NCBI GenBank assembly: GCA_964585475.1
Contig: CAZPDF010000004.1
Coordinates: 23,169-87,168, forward strand
Direction: 5' to 3'
DNA length: 64,000 bases
From: an uncultured Candidatus Saccharibacteria bacterium
Lineage (GTDB): Bacteria; Patescibacteriota; Minisyncoccia; Sungbacterales; HO2-52-23
In this document: in pieces, positions 26,538 through 36,125 of the stretch
Layout of the letters: each line of letters begins with the position of its first letter
Position numbering within the stretch: position 1 is the stretch's first letter
Notes under the pieces: generated by a model
Told to the model about the DNA's origin: nothing
The model's input: the letters and a program-made list of their open reading frames with translations, nothing else
The model's database searches: none
Made by a program: the position numbers and the translations under genes

Positions 26538-28316
26538 TTAGGCCTTGGGCAGACTGAAACTAAATCGCGTTCCCTTCCCCTCCTCCGACACAAACCAGAT
26601 TTTGCCCTGCATTTTTTCTACCAACTCTTTGGTGATAAAAAGGCCAAGCCCGGTTCCCTGAATTAATTGAGTTTTCGCGCTTTCCGCCCGGAAAAACTTC
26701 TCAAACATATGTTCCTGGTCATCCCGCGTCATTCCGATACCATTATCTTCAACATGTATAATGATCTTACCATCGGCAATTTCATGATAAATTTTTACAA
26801 ACCCTCCGACCCGGTTATATTTTATCGCATTAGAAACCAGGTTCATAACTATCTCTTTTACTCGGGCCTCATCAGCCACAACTTCCGGCAAACCTTCCAG
26901 TTCCGTATAAGAAAGGATGATTTTCTTCTCATCCGCCAGCGGCTTAACTTCTACTAAAATCGCCTTTATACTTTCTCGCAGATCGCAAGGAGCGACCTTA
27001 ATTTTGATTCGCCCCGCCTCGCTTCGCGCAACATCTAAAATATCATTCACTAATTGAATCAGGCGCTCATTGGCCTGCATAACCGGATTGATATATTGCT
27101 TCATCCCTTCCGTAACCTTGCCGCCGCTTCCCTCCAGAAGCATGGAGAGATAACCCTTGATCGCGGTAACCGGGGTACGAAGTTCGTGGGCGGCGATAAA
27201 TACGAATTCATTTCTTAATTCCTGCAGACGTTTCAGGCCCTCTGCCATTTTATTGAATGCATTTCCTAAGTCCTCAAGCTCATCTTTAGTTTTAATCTCC
27301 ACCCGCTTCTCAAAATTACCTTGTTCAATCTCGAAAGCGCTTTCTTCCAGCGCCCGGATCGGCCGCGTAAGTCGCCTCGCCAAAAGCGGAGAGAGCAGCA
27401 AAACAGCCAAAATGCTGAAAAGGGTGAAATTCAACACCTGATTTCTAATGTCATTTACAATACCGTCTGCATCCGCAATGGGCCATTCAGCCAGCAGCGC
27501 CCATCCGAGTTTAGGAATTTTCTTCCCGGAACCTACTACCGGCTCACGCCCAAAAAAACTTTCATAACGGTCGCGATCTCCCAAGCCGTCCAGAATCTCT
27601 CCCCGCAGTATTCTTTTCACCCTCTCAAGTCCCAACAAAAGCGTTCCCGATTTCACTTCTCCCCTTCCACGGTAGGCAACGAGCGCTCCTTCTTTATCAA
27701 GAAGCAAAAGATAACCGCTCGCGCCAAGACGAGCTGACTCAACGGAGCGAACGATGGCGAGAAGATTTACTTCGGCCGTCAACACTTGAATGATATCATT
27801 ATTTCTATTCCGCACGGGGGAGGCAAGAGTCATCTGGGGACCAGAGAGCGTATAGTAGACCTCACCCATAAAATCTATGCCGCCCGCCGCGCGTTTGAAT
27901 TTGGGGAGGGAAGACACATCCTGAAGTTCCGCCTCGTCCTCGTCGCGTATGAGTTTTGCGGTTTCCTTCCCTTGAAGATCAATCAAGCTCGCTTCCGAGA
28001 ATGCGCGGTTCTCATCAAGAATTCCTTTAAGAAGAAATTGCTGCTGAGACCTCTCGATCTCCGATTTTTGGGTGAACCCTACGCGAAGCTGCAAAATGCC
28101 TAGGGTATCAACAAGAAATTTTTCTATCTCCTCGGTTTTCTGGTCAATCAGCTGCAATTCAAGATTAGAAACATCGTGACGATGTGAAATTTCAATCAGG
28201 TAGAGCACAAGACCTCCCAAAATCAGCGGCGTAGCCGAGGCAAGCACTATGAAAAATAAAGCAAACTTTTGCTGGAGCCGCGATCCGAAAACAAATTGTG
28301 TGATGCGATCTAGCAT
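26538..28316 (-). CDS. Sensor histidine kinase (dCache-HAMP-HisKA-HATPase)
   Basis: AHELRTP, NLVSNAIKY, DNGIG, GTGLGL; two TMs; HAMP DELEDLGNAFNKMA. Confidence 0.93.
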   Translation of the reverse strand: MLDRITQFVFGSRLQQKFALFFIVLASATPLILGGLVLYLIEISHRHDVSNLELQLIDQKTEEIEKFLVDTLGILQLRVGFTQKSEIERSQQQFLLKGILDENRAFSEASLIDLQGKETAKLIRDEDEAELQDVSSLPKFKRAAGGIDFMGEVYYTLSGPQMTLASPVRNRNNDIIQVLTAEVNLLAIVRSVESARLGASGYLLLLDKEGALVAYRGRGEVKSGTLLLGLERVKRILRGEILDGLGDRDRYESFFGREPVVGSGKKIPKLGWALLAEWPIADADGIVNDIRNQVLNFTLFSILAVLLLSPLLARRLTRPIRALEESAFEIEQGNFEKRVEIKTKDELEDLGNAFNKMAEGLKRLQELRNEFVFIAAHELRTPVTAIKGYLSMLLEGSGGKVTEGMKQYINPVMQANERLIQLVNDILDVARSEAGRIKIKVAPCDLRESIKAILVEVKPLADEKKIILSYTELEGLPEVVADEARVKEIVMNLVSNAIKYNRVGGFVKIYHEIADGKIIIHVEDNGIGMTRDDQEHMFEKFFRAESAKTQLIQGTGLGLFITKELVEKMQGKIWFVSEEGKGTRFSFSLPKA

Positions 28317-28327
28317 GGCGCAAAAAA

Positions 28328-29182
28328 TTACAATCCAAAACCGCGAATAGCGGCGCGCTCCAAATACGTTTTCTCAAGCGGACGCTTTCTCCCGGCGCCC
28401 ATCAAATCCGGAGATAAAATTCGTTCCTCAAAAGTCGGCTCCTCGACTTCATACTTATCCGGGAGTCCAAGGGTATGATAAAACTCATGAACCATTACGC
28501 TCGCGCCGTATGATCGTAATTCGGGGCGCGCTAAATAGGCGGAGGAAAGCAGGAAAAAACCGTCAGCCGCTTCAACATCAATCTTAAAAATGATTGACTC
28601 GGGGATTCCTAACTTTTCAGCAATCTCACGCTCCGATTCAAGCTCACTTTCATAAATTATGCCGCCGGAGGCCCCCACGCCTTCATAAAGAATAAAGAGG
28701 ACTGGATAAACATTTTTTTCGCGTAGCGAAAAATCTTCATGACGAATATCGCCCGAAGGCCTAAACACTCTTTGCTCAATCTCCGAAGCAGTACGAAGAA
28801 GCGCGTGAGGGTTTCCGCCGCCCGTATTGTCCGTATCATAATAGACGGAGTCCTGCAGTCCCACTACCGGCTCGGGAAAAATTTGGTACTTGAGACTCGA
28901 CTTGCCCTGAAACTGAAGCGCGTGAAATTTCTCTAATTTTTGCAGGTTTTCTTCGAGAACCTCCCGCCAATTCGAAATAATGGATTTCGCTTTACTTTGA
29001 GGCACAAAATAAAATGCGGTGACTCTGATTTCGCTAATCGCTCGGCTGGGATCGTTATAAGCATGCGGGATTGAAACGTCAGGATAATATTCACGGTATA
29101 CTTTCGGAACGCCAATAAAAAAATAGAGCACACCCAGGGCCGCGAAAATAACACTTAGGGTTAGGGCGAGATACTTGACCAT
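28328..29182 (-). CDS. Putative secreted zincin metalloprotease
   Basis: HEFYHTLGLPDKY ... DLMG Met-turn; N-terminal TM. Confidence 0.75.
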   Translation of the reverse strand: MVKYLALTLSVIFAALGVLYFFIGVPKVYREYYPDVSIPHAYNDPSRAISEIRVTAFYFVPQSKAKSIISNWREVLEENLQKLEKFHALQFQGKSSLKYQIFPEPVVGLQDSVYYDTDNTGGGNPHALLRTASEIEQRVFRPSGDIRHEDFSLREKNVYPVLFILYEGVGASGGIIYESELESEREIAEKLGIPESIIFKIDVEAADGFFLLSSAYLARPELRSYGASVMVHEFYHTLGLPDKYEVEEPTFEERILSPDLMGAGRKRPLEKTYLERAAIRGFGL

Positions 29183-29204
29183 ACCCAGTATATCTTCCCC
29201 GACT

Positions 29205-29230
29205 GCTCCGACTTGAGTCGGAGCGTTTTT
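29205..29230. terminator. Hairpin GCTCCGAC-ttga-GTCGGAGC (same family as 50389-50430)
   Basis: 8-bp perfect stem downstream of the giant gene. Confidence 0.55.
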
Positions 29231-29273
29231 CTGAAATCTAGGCGCCGAGGTTCAGGAGCGAGGAAAATGCCGC

Positions 29274-32200
29274 CTATTTGGAGAGAATTTTGTCTATCTT
29301 CTTTCTGGTGAACGGGCCTACAACTCCCGTACCTTGACTAAGCCCTGACGGCGTTAAAATTTCGTCGGCATACTTTTCCTGAAAACGAATCACGGCTTGT
29401 TTGGTAAGATTGCCGAAAAATCCGGTGATAAGCCCTTCGGGATAAACACCTTCTTTGAGAAGAAGTTCCTGCATGGCTTTTACATCATCCCCGGTTGTGC
29501 CGACGGCGAGGTTTCTAAGAATTTCAAGTTTAACGGCCTGCCCGGGAGGAACTGCTGATTTTTCTTTGGATGGCATACCGAGAAGTTCATTTATCTTCTT
29601 TCTGGTTGAGGGACCGATAAAACCGCTGCCTTTCGCCAATCCTACCGGCGAAAGAATATCGGCTGCATACTTTTCTTGGAAACGAACGACGGCCTGTTTG
29701 GTAAGATTGCCGAAAAATCCGGTGATAAGCCCTTCGGGATAAACACCTTCTTTGAGAAGAAGTTCCTGCATGGCTTTTACATCATCCCCGGTTGTGCCGA
29801 CGGCGAGGTTTCTAAGAATTTCAAGTTTAATCGCTTGTCCAGGCGGAAGCTTATCCTTTGGCGCTTCTCCAGAAAGAGGAGCTGCGGGAGCCATCTTTTT
29901 AGCAGAGGTACCAACGGCTTTGACACTTACCTGATTAGTGTTTGTCGACTCGTTACCAGCCGGGTCAACTGCGCGGACAACGTAATAATATGTAATGCCT
30001 TCGGAGAGTCCTTCGTCGTCCGTAAATTCTTTTCCAGGCACTTCCAATGCTCTAATTTCACCAAGTTGAGTAGTTGTGGCGGATCGATAAATCTTCGCGT
30101 GGTCAAAATCGCGCGAAGGATTTTTCCATTCAATTTTAACTTTTCCCTGACCAAGGGCTGAAACAGTAACCGCAGTCGGCGCGACAGGTGGAATTATATC
30201 GGCTGCGGCCACGATGGCAAAGCGGGTGAAATGCGTGGTTTTACAGATCACGTTGTTTTCCGTTTTATTCACCAAGCAGTTTTCAAGCGGCTTCCACGTT
30301 CCTTTGGTTTCGTCCCAAAATCCAATGTCAAGCGTTTCTTCTTTTACGCCTTTTTCTGCGACTTCTGTCTTCTCGTAAAGAAGAGAGAGGGTAACCGGCG
30401 CCCTAAAGGAGGAGATCACCTGACCCGTAGCATCGCGAGCTTCTATGTCATAGACAATGCCTATTACCGTGACATCTCCTTGCGATGGCGTGCGCTCATC
30501 CGGTGTGATCGAAACACTTACCGAGCCGGAACTGGAGATGGCATTCGCCGGTGCAGTGACGGCCGCTCCTCCGCCGGCTGAAGAAACCACCATGGGTCGA
30601 GATGCATCAGCGGTCTTTAACGTAGACGGAGGCATTACTGCAACTTTTTGGAGATTTATCTCGTGTACCATACTAGTTGTACCGACGAAAAGCGGAACCT
30701 CCGATGCCTTATAAAGCACTCCGCCGATCTCTTTGGAAGCGGCCACTCTCCAAGTGGAGGATCCGGTGACGTTTAATATATAAGAGCCGTCGCTCTTTGA
30801 AACGGTCTCCTGGTATCCGCCCTGCTCCGCCCATCCCCAGATAAAACTTTCCGCAACGGTGGTTGTCCCGTTTACGAACACCTTCCCTGTGATTTTAAAC
30901 TCGGCCTTACGAAGTTTAAGGTTTAGGGTAAGAGTTTGTCCTTCGGCAGTGGTCACTTTCTCCTCCGCAGCGCTAATAAATCCAAACTCGGGAGGAACAA
31001 ATGTTTTTATAAAATAGGTTCCGGGAGGTACGGCAACTTTGTAAAACCCCTTCGCATCGGTCTCCGCTTCCGCGACCATGGACTCGAAAGTTCCCCCCTC
31101 AAACGCTCCGCTAAAACTGGTTTTGGATACACCCACAAAGGCATGGAATACTCCTCCTCCTACAGGATCACTGATCTGTCCAGTGATAATGGAGTTGGCC
31201 TTGATTGCGGTAAGATCCCGTACAACTGTAACATTCTCGCCAACCTTCGTTTCAATATCATGCCCTGCCGCTACGTACCCAAATGCAGGATCAATCTCAA
31301 AGCCAAGATACCAAGTTCCTGGAGCCACGCCCAAGCTATAGCTTCCGCTTACAGGATCAAGAAACGCATCTCGCCAAATATTGGTCTCGGTACTCGCAAA
31401 GATCTTAGCCGGAACTCCGGTAATAATTTTTCCGCTCTCATCTCTAAGATTTCCCGTGATCTTTGAGGTATTTCGAAAAACCGTAACTTTTACCGTAAGT
31501 GTTTGGCCGGAAGCCACCGTAACCTTCTGCGGCGGGCCGGAAGTATAGGATGAATCCGGCGGAAGGAAAAGAGATAAGGTATACGTTCCTGCAGGCACCG
31601 CTAAAGAGAAAGTTCCCCGCTCCACTGGTCCACCAAGCCCCGGCCCGCCGAAGAAAAAATCAGAACGCGGAGACCGAAGCACCTCTTGAGAAACGTCCAC
31701 GAACCCAAAGACATCGGAAACAACATTTCCTTTCTCGTCCACCACCTGCCCGGTGATTTTTGCGTCGGCAAGATGCAGCACGAAATTAACTACGGAGGTA
31801 ACGCCCGAAACCACGGTTATTTGCTTAGGAGGATCAAGACTATAAAGCTTGGTTGCAGGATCAGGCCGCGCCGAAACCTCCCAGGGCCCCGGAATTACCC
31901 GAAGATCAAATTCGCCCTGAGAATTGGTTAACGCAAAAGCAAGCCCTCCGCCTTCCGGCTGAACAGCGTTCACCTCAATTCCGCTAATGCCCTTTCCATC
32001 TTTATCCGTAACTTTACCTTTGATGTAATCCGTTCTAAGGACCAATCGAATCTCTCCCAAATCTTTAGTTTCTCCGGAAGCAACGGTTACCGCAGGAAGA
32101 GGAGGCGGACCGAACGAAGGATCCTGGGAGGCGATAAATAAAGTGTAGGTTCCGGCCACAATCGGAATCCGGAAAGAACCACTCGCGTCCACCGGGCCTC

Positions 32201-35150
32201 CGGTACCAAAACCGTCTTTAGTTCTGACTCCGGCAAAAACAGTGTCCGAAGAAGGTATAGAACCATCGGGTTTCAACACTTTCCCTTGGATAAAGGAGTC
32301 GGCGGTCCGCACGGTGAAATTAAGTATCTTTTCTTCGCTCGAAGAGTCCTTGGCAAAAATTACCGTTTCCGGTGGTTTGGTATAAATCCAGTCAACAGTG
32401 GACATGGACGGATTAAACGAAACCTCCCAAGTGCCACCTGGAAGAAGAAGAGTATAACTTCCGGAACTATCAGTGGTAGCTTCAAGAAACTGTTGGGTTT
32501 CCTGTCTATACACGCCGATTCTCGCATTGGTAATCGCGCGTCCATCTTCGCGGAGCACCCGTCCTTTTATTACTTTAGTCGGCTTAATGAGAACGATGGT
32601 CCCCAAATCCTTGGTTTCGCCCATAGCCAGGGTAAAACTCGCAAGCTCCGGTCCTATCAAAGCCGGATCTTTACTAAAGATATTCAGGCGGTACGTTCCT
32701 GCAGGAAGAGAAACTGCAAATGCTCCGGTGGCATCCGTTGGTCTGCCTCCCAGACTCATGCCCGCCTCATTCTGAAAATCTGCAGACACCGAGCCCTGAG
32801 AGGGCGCGGTTCCGTCCGGCCGCAAAATCTTTCCTTTTACCTTGGCGTCGGCCTTTATTACCGTAAAATCGATGTTTTTGAATTCGGCTGTAAAATCATT
32901 CGCAAAGGAGATAAACACGGGCGAGGCCACATATACCCAATCCGGAGTCGTGGTTGCCGAATAGATAAAAGCTTCCCAGATGCCGCCGGTAAGAAGAAGG
33001 GCGTAGTTTCCCTGCAAGTCAGTCTTTGCTTCTCTTTGCGGTCCAGCCCTTGTATAAGCGCCCACAACAGCGTCCGTTACTCCTCGCCCATCCGGATAGC
33101 GCACTATGCCCTTTACGGTCTTGGGCGGTTTTACGAGCGTAATATTCCCTAAGTCCCTAACCTCTCCTTTGGCTAAAACAATGGCTGGAAGCGTAGGCGC
33201 TATAAGGTTTGACTCCTTGGTTTCCACCAAAAGTTCATAAGTACCTGCCGTAACCGGAACATCAAAAAATCCGCTCGCATAAACTTGACCGCCAAACCCA
33301 TAGACCGGCATTCCGGAAATATAAGCATCTTTGGGTCGTAAGCTCACCCAAGCGGTATTTTCCGGAGGAGGAGTTCCGTCGGGACGATAGATGTTTCCGC
33401 GGACTCTTGCGTCCGTCACGGTTACCGTAAAGTCAACCACTTTTTCTTCAAACGTGAGATCGCCTGCAAAAATAACTGTCGGCTGGGGCTGAATATAAGA
33501 CCAGCCGGCGGGGCTTGATTGCGGAGAGATTGAAACCCGCCAGGTTCCTCCTGAAGTAAGCAGGGTATAATTACCTGCGGGATCCGCGGTAATAAATACC
33601 GAACGGCGGGTATCTTCCTGATACGCGTTCACTCCGGCGTCCCCAACCCCGTTACCGTCCGGGAAGCGAACTTTCCCTTTAATGGTTTTGGTGGCCCTGG
33701 CTAAAGTTAGAGTTCCCAAATCCTTGGTCTCTCCCTTGGCAAGGGTAATCGGAAGAAACGCCGGAGGAACCACGCTTGAGTCCTGACTGCTGATATAAAT
33801 GTTATAGGTGCCGGTTGCGGCTCCGATGGAAAAGAAACCTTGCTCGTTTGTATCTCCGCCGAAATTGTCTCCGGAGCTTGAGTTGAGATTGATGAAAATC
33901 TTATTTAACGGCGGCGCTGTTCCATCCGGAAGAAGAACTCTTCCCTGGACTTTCGCATCGATGCTTGAAACGATAAAATCAACAATTTTTTCTTCCGGAG
34001 TCGAATTTTCGGCAAATACTATTGATGGAGAAGGCCTAGAATAAGCCCAATCCCGTGTTTCGGAACGGGAAAAAACGTGCAGATTCCATGTTCCGCCAGT
34101 GACAAGGAGTGAATAATTTCCTGCAGAATCGGCTTGGGCTTCAACATAGCCTTGCGTTGTTCCCCGAGAAGCGCTTACCACTGCATCTCCCACCCCTCTT
34201 CCATCAGATCGCACCACCCTTCCCTTGATGGTTTTGGTTGCTTTCACGAGATAAAGTATGCCTAGATCTTTGGCTTCGCCTTTTACCACGGTTACAGGAC
34301 TTGTGGTCGGCGCGCTAAATCCCGGGTCGCTAACATATATAAAGATACTATAGGTTCCTGTGGATAGCTGAACAAAGAACGAGCCGCTTTGGTCCACCGA
34401 TGATCCAAACCCAAGCCCTGCGGAACCCTGAAAAGAGATGCTGGTACTCATGGCTGCCGGCGTTCCGTCGGGACGAAGAATCTTCCCCTTCACCGATGCT
34501 TCAACCGTAGTAACGATAAAGTTAATAATTTTTTCCTCCGCCGTGATGTCCGAAGCGAAAGTAAGGCCCGTCGGCGATTGATTATAAATCCAATCGCTCG
34601 TCGTAATAGGAAAAACAGTAACGCTCCATGCTCCGCCAGTAACCAGAAGCGTATAATTTCCGGAGGAGTCGGTCTGTATCTCTATATATGTATCCTGCCT
34701 AAAGGCCTGGACACGCGCGTTAGTAACGGAGGTTCCGTCCGCTCGCTTCACTTGGCCTTTAATGGTCTTGGCGGCCTTAAGAAGAATTAAATCCTGCGTA
34801 CGGGTCTCACCGGCCGAAAGAGTTATATCTATGGGGTAAGAACTTATCAGGTTGGTTATTCCAAAAAGAGGCCAAGCACGAATTTTATAGGTATCGGGCG
34901 GAACAGCAATGCTATACGTACCATTCGCATTCGTTACGGTGTTGTAAGATACGGAATGATCGGCTTTATAAATTCCAACTGATGAGTCCGGAATGGCAAC
35001 CCCCGATTCATCCCATACCTTGCCGGATACCGTTGCGGTAGTAGTTGAAGTGGTCTGGGCGGATGCCGATTCGGGAACACCAAAAACAATCAGACAAGAT
35101 GCCGACAAAATGGCAAGAAATAACGGCAGAAAAGCCAAATACTTTCTCAT
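29274..35150 (-). CDS. Giant surface protein: tandem carboxypeptidase-regulatory-like (Cna-B/transthyretin-like) repeats, Fn3 and two peptidoglycan-binding domains
   Basis: Signal peptide from MRKYL; repeated KTIKGxV...DGxGV and GKILRPDGT units; HFTRFAI; two TGFFGNLTKQAVxRFQ domains. Confidence 0.85.
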   Translation of the reverse strand: MRKYLAFLPLFLAILSASCLIVFGVPESASAQTTSTTTATVSGKVWDESGVAIPDSSVGIYKADHSVSYNTVTNANGTYSIAVPPDTYKIRAWPLFGITNLISSYPIDITLSAGETRTQDLILLKAAKTIKGQVKRADGTSVTNARVQAFRQDTYIEIQTDSSGNYTLLVTGGAWSVTVFPITTSDWIYNQSPTGLTFASDITAEEKIINFIVTTVEASVKGKILRPDGTPAAMSTSISFQGSAGLGFGSSVDQSGSFFVQLSTGTYSIFIYVSDPGFSAPTTSPVTVVKGEAKDLGILYLVKATKTIKGRVVRSDGRGVGDAVVSASRGTTQGYVEAQADSAGNYSLLVTGGTWNLHVFSRSETRDWAYSRPSPSIVFAENSTPEEKIVDFIVSSIDAKVQGRVLLPDGTAPPLNKIFINLNSSSGDNFGGDTNEQGFFSIGAATGTYNIYISSQDSSVVPPAFLPITLAKGETKDLGTLTLARATKTIKGKVRFPDGNGVGDAGVNAYQEDTRRSVFITADPAGNYTLLTSGGTWRVSISPQSSPAGWSYIQPQPTVIFAGDLTFEEKVVDFTVTVTDARVRGNIYRPDGTPPPENTAWVSLRPKDAYISGMPVYGFGGQVYASGFFDVPVTAGTYELLVETKESNLIAPTLPAIVLAKGEVRDLGNITLVKPPKTVKGIVRYPDGRGVTDAVVGAYTRAGPQREAKTDLQGNYALLLTGGIWEAFIYSATTTPDWVYVASPVFISFANDFTAEFKNIDFTVIKADAKVKGKILRPDGTAPSQGSVSADFQNEAGMSLGGRPTDATGAFAVSLPAGTYRLNIFSKDPALIGPELASFTLAMGETKDLGTIVLIKPTKVIKGRVLREDGRAITNARIGVYRQETQQFLEATTDSSGSYTLLLPGGTWEVSFNPSMSTVDWIYTKPPETVIFAKDSSSEEKILNFTVRTADSFIQGKVLKPDGSIPSSDTVFAGVRTKDGFGTGGPVDASGSFRIPIVAGTYTLFIASQDPSFGPPPLPAVTVASGETKDLGEIRLVLRTDYIKGKVTDKDGKGISGIEVNAVQPEGGGLAFALTNSQGEFDLRVIPGPWEVSARPDPATKLYSLDPPKQITVVSGVTSVVNFVLHLADAKITGQVVDEKGNVVSDVFGFVDVSQEVLRSPRSDFFFGGPGLGGPVERGTFSLAVPAGTYTLSLFLPPDSSYTSGPPQKVTVASGQTLTVKVTVFRNTSKITGNLRDESGKIITGVPAKIFASTETNIWRDAFLDPVSGSYSLGVAPGTWYLGFEIDPAFGYVAAGHDIETKVGENVTVVRDLTAIKANSIITGQISDPVGGGVFHAFVGVSKTSFSGAFEGGTFESMVAEAETDAKGFYKVAVPPGTYFIKTFVPPEFGFISAAEEKVTTAEGQTLTLNLKLRKAEFKITGKVFVNGTTTVAESFIWGWAEQGGYQETVSKSDGSYILNVTGSSTWRVAASKEIGGVLYKASEVPLFVGTTSMVHEINLQKVAVMPPSTLKTADASRPMVVSSAGGGAAVTAPANAISSSGSVSVSITPDERTPSQGDVTVIGIVYDIEARDATGQVISSFRAPVTLSLLYEKTEVAEKGVKEETLDIGFWDETKGTWKPLENCLVNKTENNVICKTTHFTRFAIVAAADIIPPVAPTAVTVSALGQGKVKIEWKNPSRDFDHAKIYRSATTTQLGEIRALEVPGKEFTDDEGLSEGITYYYVVRAVDPAGNESTNTNQVSVKAVGTSAKKMAPAAPLSGEAPKDKLPPGQAIKLEILRNLAVGTTGDDVKAMQELLLKEGVYPEGLITGFFGNLTKQAVVRFQEKYAADILSPVGLAKGSGFIGPSTRKKINELLGMPSKEKSAVPPGQAVKLEILRNLAVGTTGDDVKAMQELLLKEGVYPEGLITGFFGNLTKQAVIRFQEKYADEILTPSGLSQGTGVVGPFTRKKIDKILSK
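29398..29830. repeat. Exact 136-bp direct repeat (29398-29533 and 29695-29830) in the peptidoglycan-binding domains
   Basis: Copies are identical at nucleotide level, 297 bp apart. Confidence 0.9.
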
Positions 35151-35163
35151 AGTAATTGTTGTG

Positions 35164-35370
35164 TTATGCCGCTTGGTATCCGAGTTCGGCAATAGCTTTT
35201 ATAATCTGCTCCTTGGTGACCTTGGCCGGATCAAACTCAAAAACCCCCTTCTTCCCGTCATAATCAACAAAGGAGGACGCGACCCCGTCCATCTGCGAGG
35301 TCAGCATCTGAATGCCGGTGGCGCAGGCGCCGCAATGCATACCCTCAATTTTTAACTCGATTTTCTCCAT
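35164..35370 (-). CDS. Heavy-metal-associated (CopZ-like) chaperone
   Basis: IEGMHCGAC, AIAELGY. Confidence 0.9.
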   Translation of the reverse strand: MEKIELKIEGMHCGACATGIQMLTSQMDGVASSFVDYDGKKGVFEFDPAKVTKEQIIKAIAELGYQAA

Positions 35371-35526
35371 AAAATTTATAAGTTTATTAACCAGTAATTG
35401 CCGGGTGATTCATTATTAAAATATTACCACACTTAACAACTTCATCAAAAGTGTGAGATTGTGGATAATAGGCCTATTCAAAACTACATCGGTTATATAG
35501 TATTAAATGTTTATTATCTCTGGCAG

Positions 35527-35680
35527 AATACCTCGGAGCTCTGCTCCGAGGATGAATGCCGAGCCCCCGCGCGTAAGCGGAGGAGATAACCCCGACGTAG
35601 TCGTCCGATTAGAGGACCTCGTATTCCGTAGAGGAATACCCCGCAGCCCCGCCTGCCGGCGGGCAGGTCTGCTACGGGTG
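35527..35680. mobile_element. Non-autonomous element with two terminal hairpins (IS200/IS605-end-like), carrying a nested palindrome
   Basis: aatacctcggagctctgctccgagga ... aataccccgcagc[cccgcctgccggcgggcagg]tctgctacgggt. Confidence 0.5.
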
Positions 35681-35747
35681 TCGGTTATTATTCAATGCAT
35701 GGGGATAAGTATTTTGCGGAAATTTGCAATAAATAATACAATAAAAA

Positions 35748-35957
35748 ATGCAATATAAACTTAAAAAACCGTCAAATATGCATATTCTAAACGTCATTGT
35801 CTATATAATAATCTACATTGTTGTAACGGTTACTATTGTGATGCTTTTAAGATGGGGGGTGAGATCATTGGTGATATGGGGCTGGCACAAATACAAATCA
35901 GTTAATCCTCCGACTAATGTAGAAATGGACAAAAATGCCTCCCCTCCCGCAAAATAA
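35748..35957 (+). CDS. Small single-TM protein
   Basis: Strong hydrophobic segment; lies between two hairpin-ended elements. Confidence 0.5.
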   Translation: MQYKLKKPSNMHILNVIVYIIIYIVVTVTIVMLLRWGVRSLVIWGWHKYKSVNPPTNVEMDKNASPPAK

Positions 35958-35969
35958 AAAATGGGGAAT

Positions 35970-36090
35970 GAAGCTCCACGGGCAAGCCCGTGGTATCCCC
36001 TCTTACGGTCAAGCCGAAGGCTTGCCCGTGGAGCGGAATCCCGCACCGAGGACCACCTATTCACCCACGAGCAAGCCCGTGGTCCTCTGG
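35970..36090. mobile_element. Non-autonomous element with two terminal hairpins (IS200/IS605-end-like)
   Basis: ccacgggcaagcccgtgg and ccacgagcaagcccgtgg in direct orientation, about 90 bp apart. Confidence 0.55.
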
Positions 36091-36125
36091 TGCGTGGATA
36101 GATAATACAAAAAGATTCATCTTTC

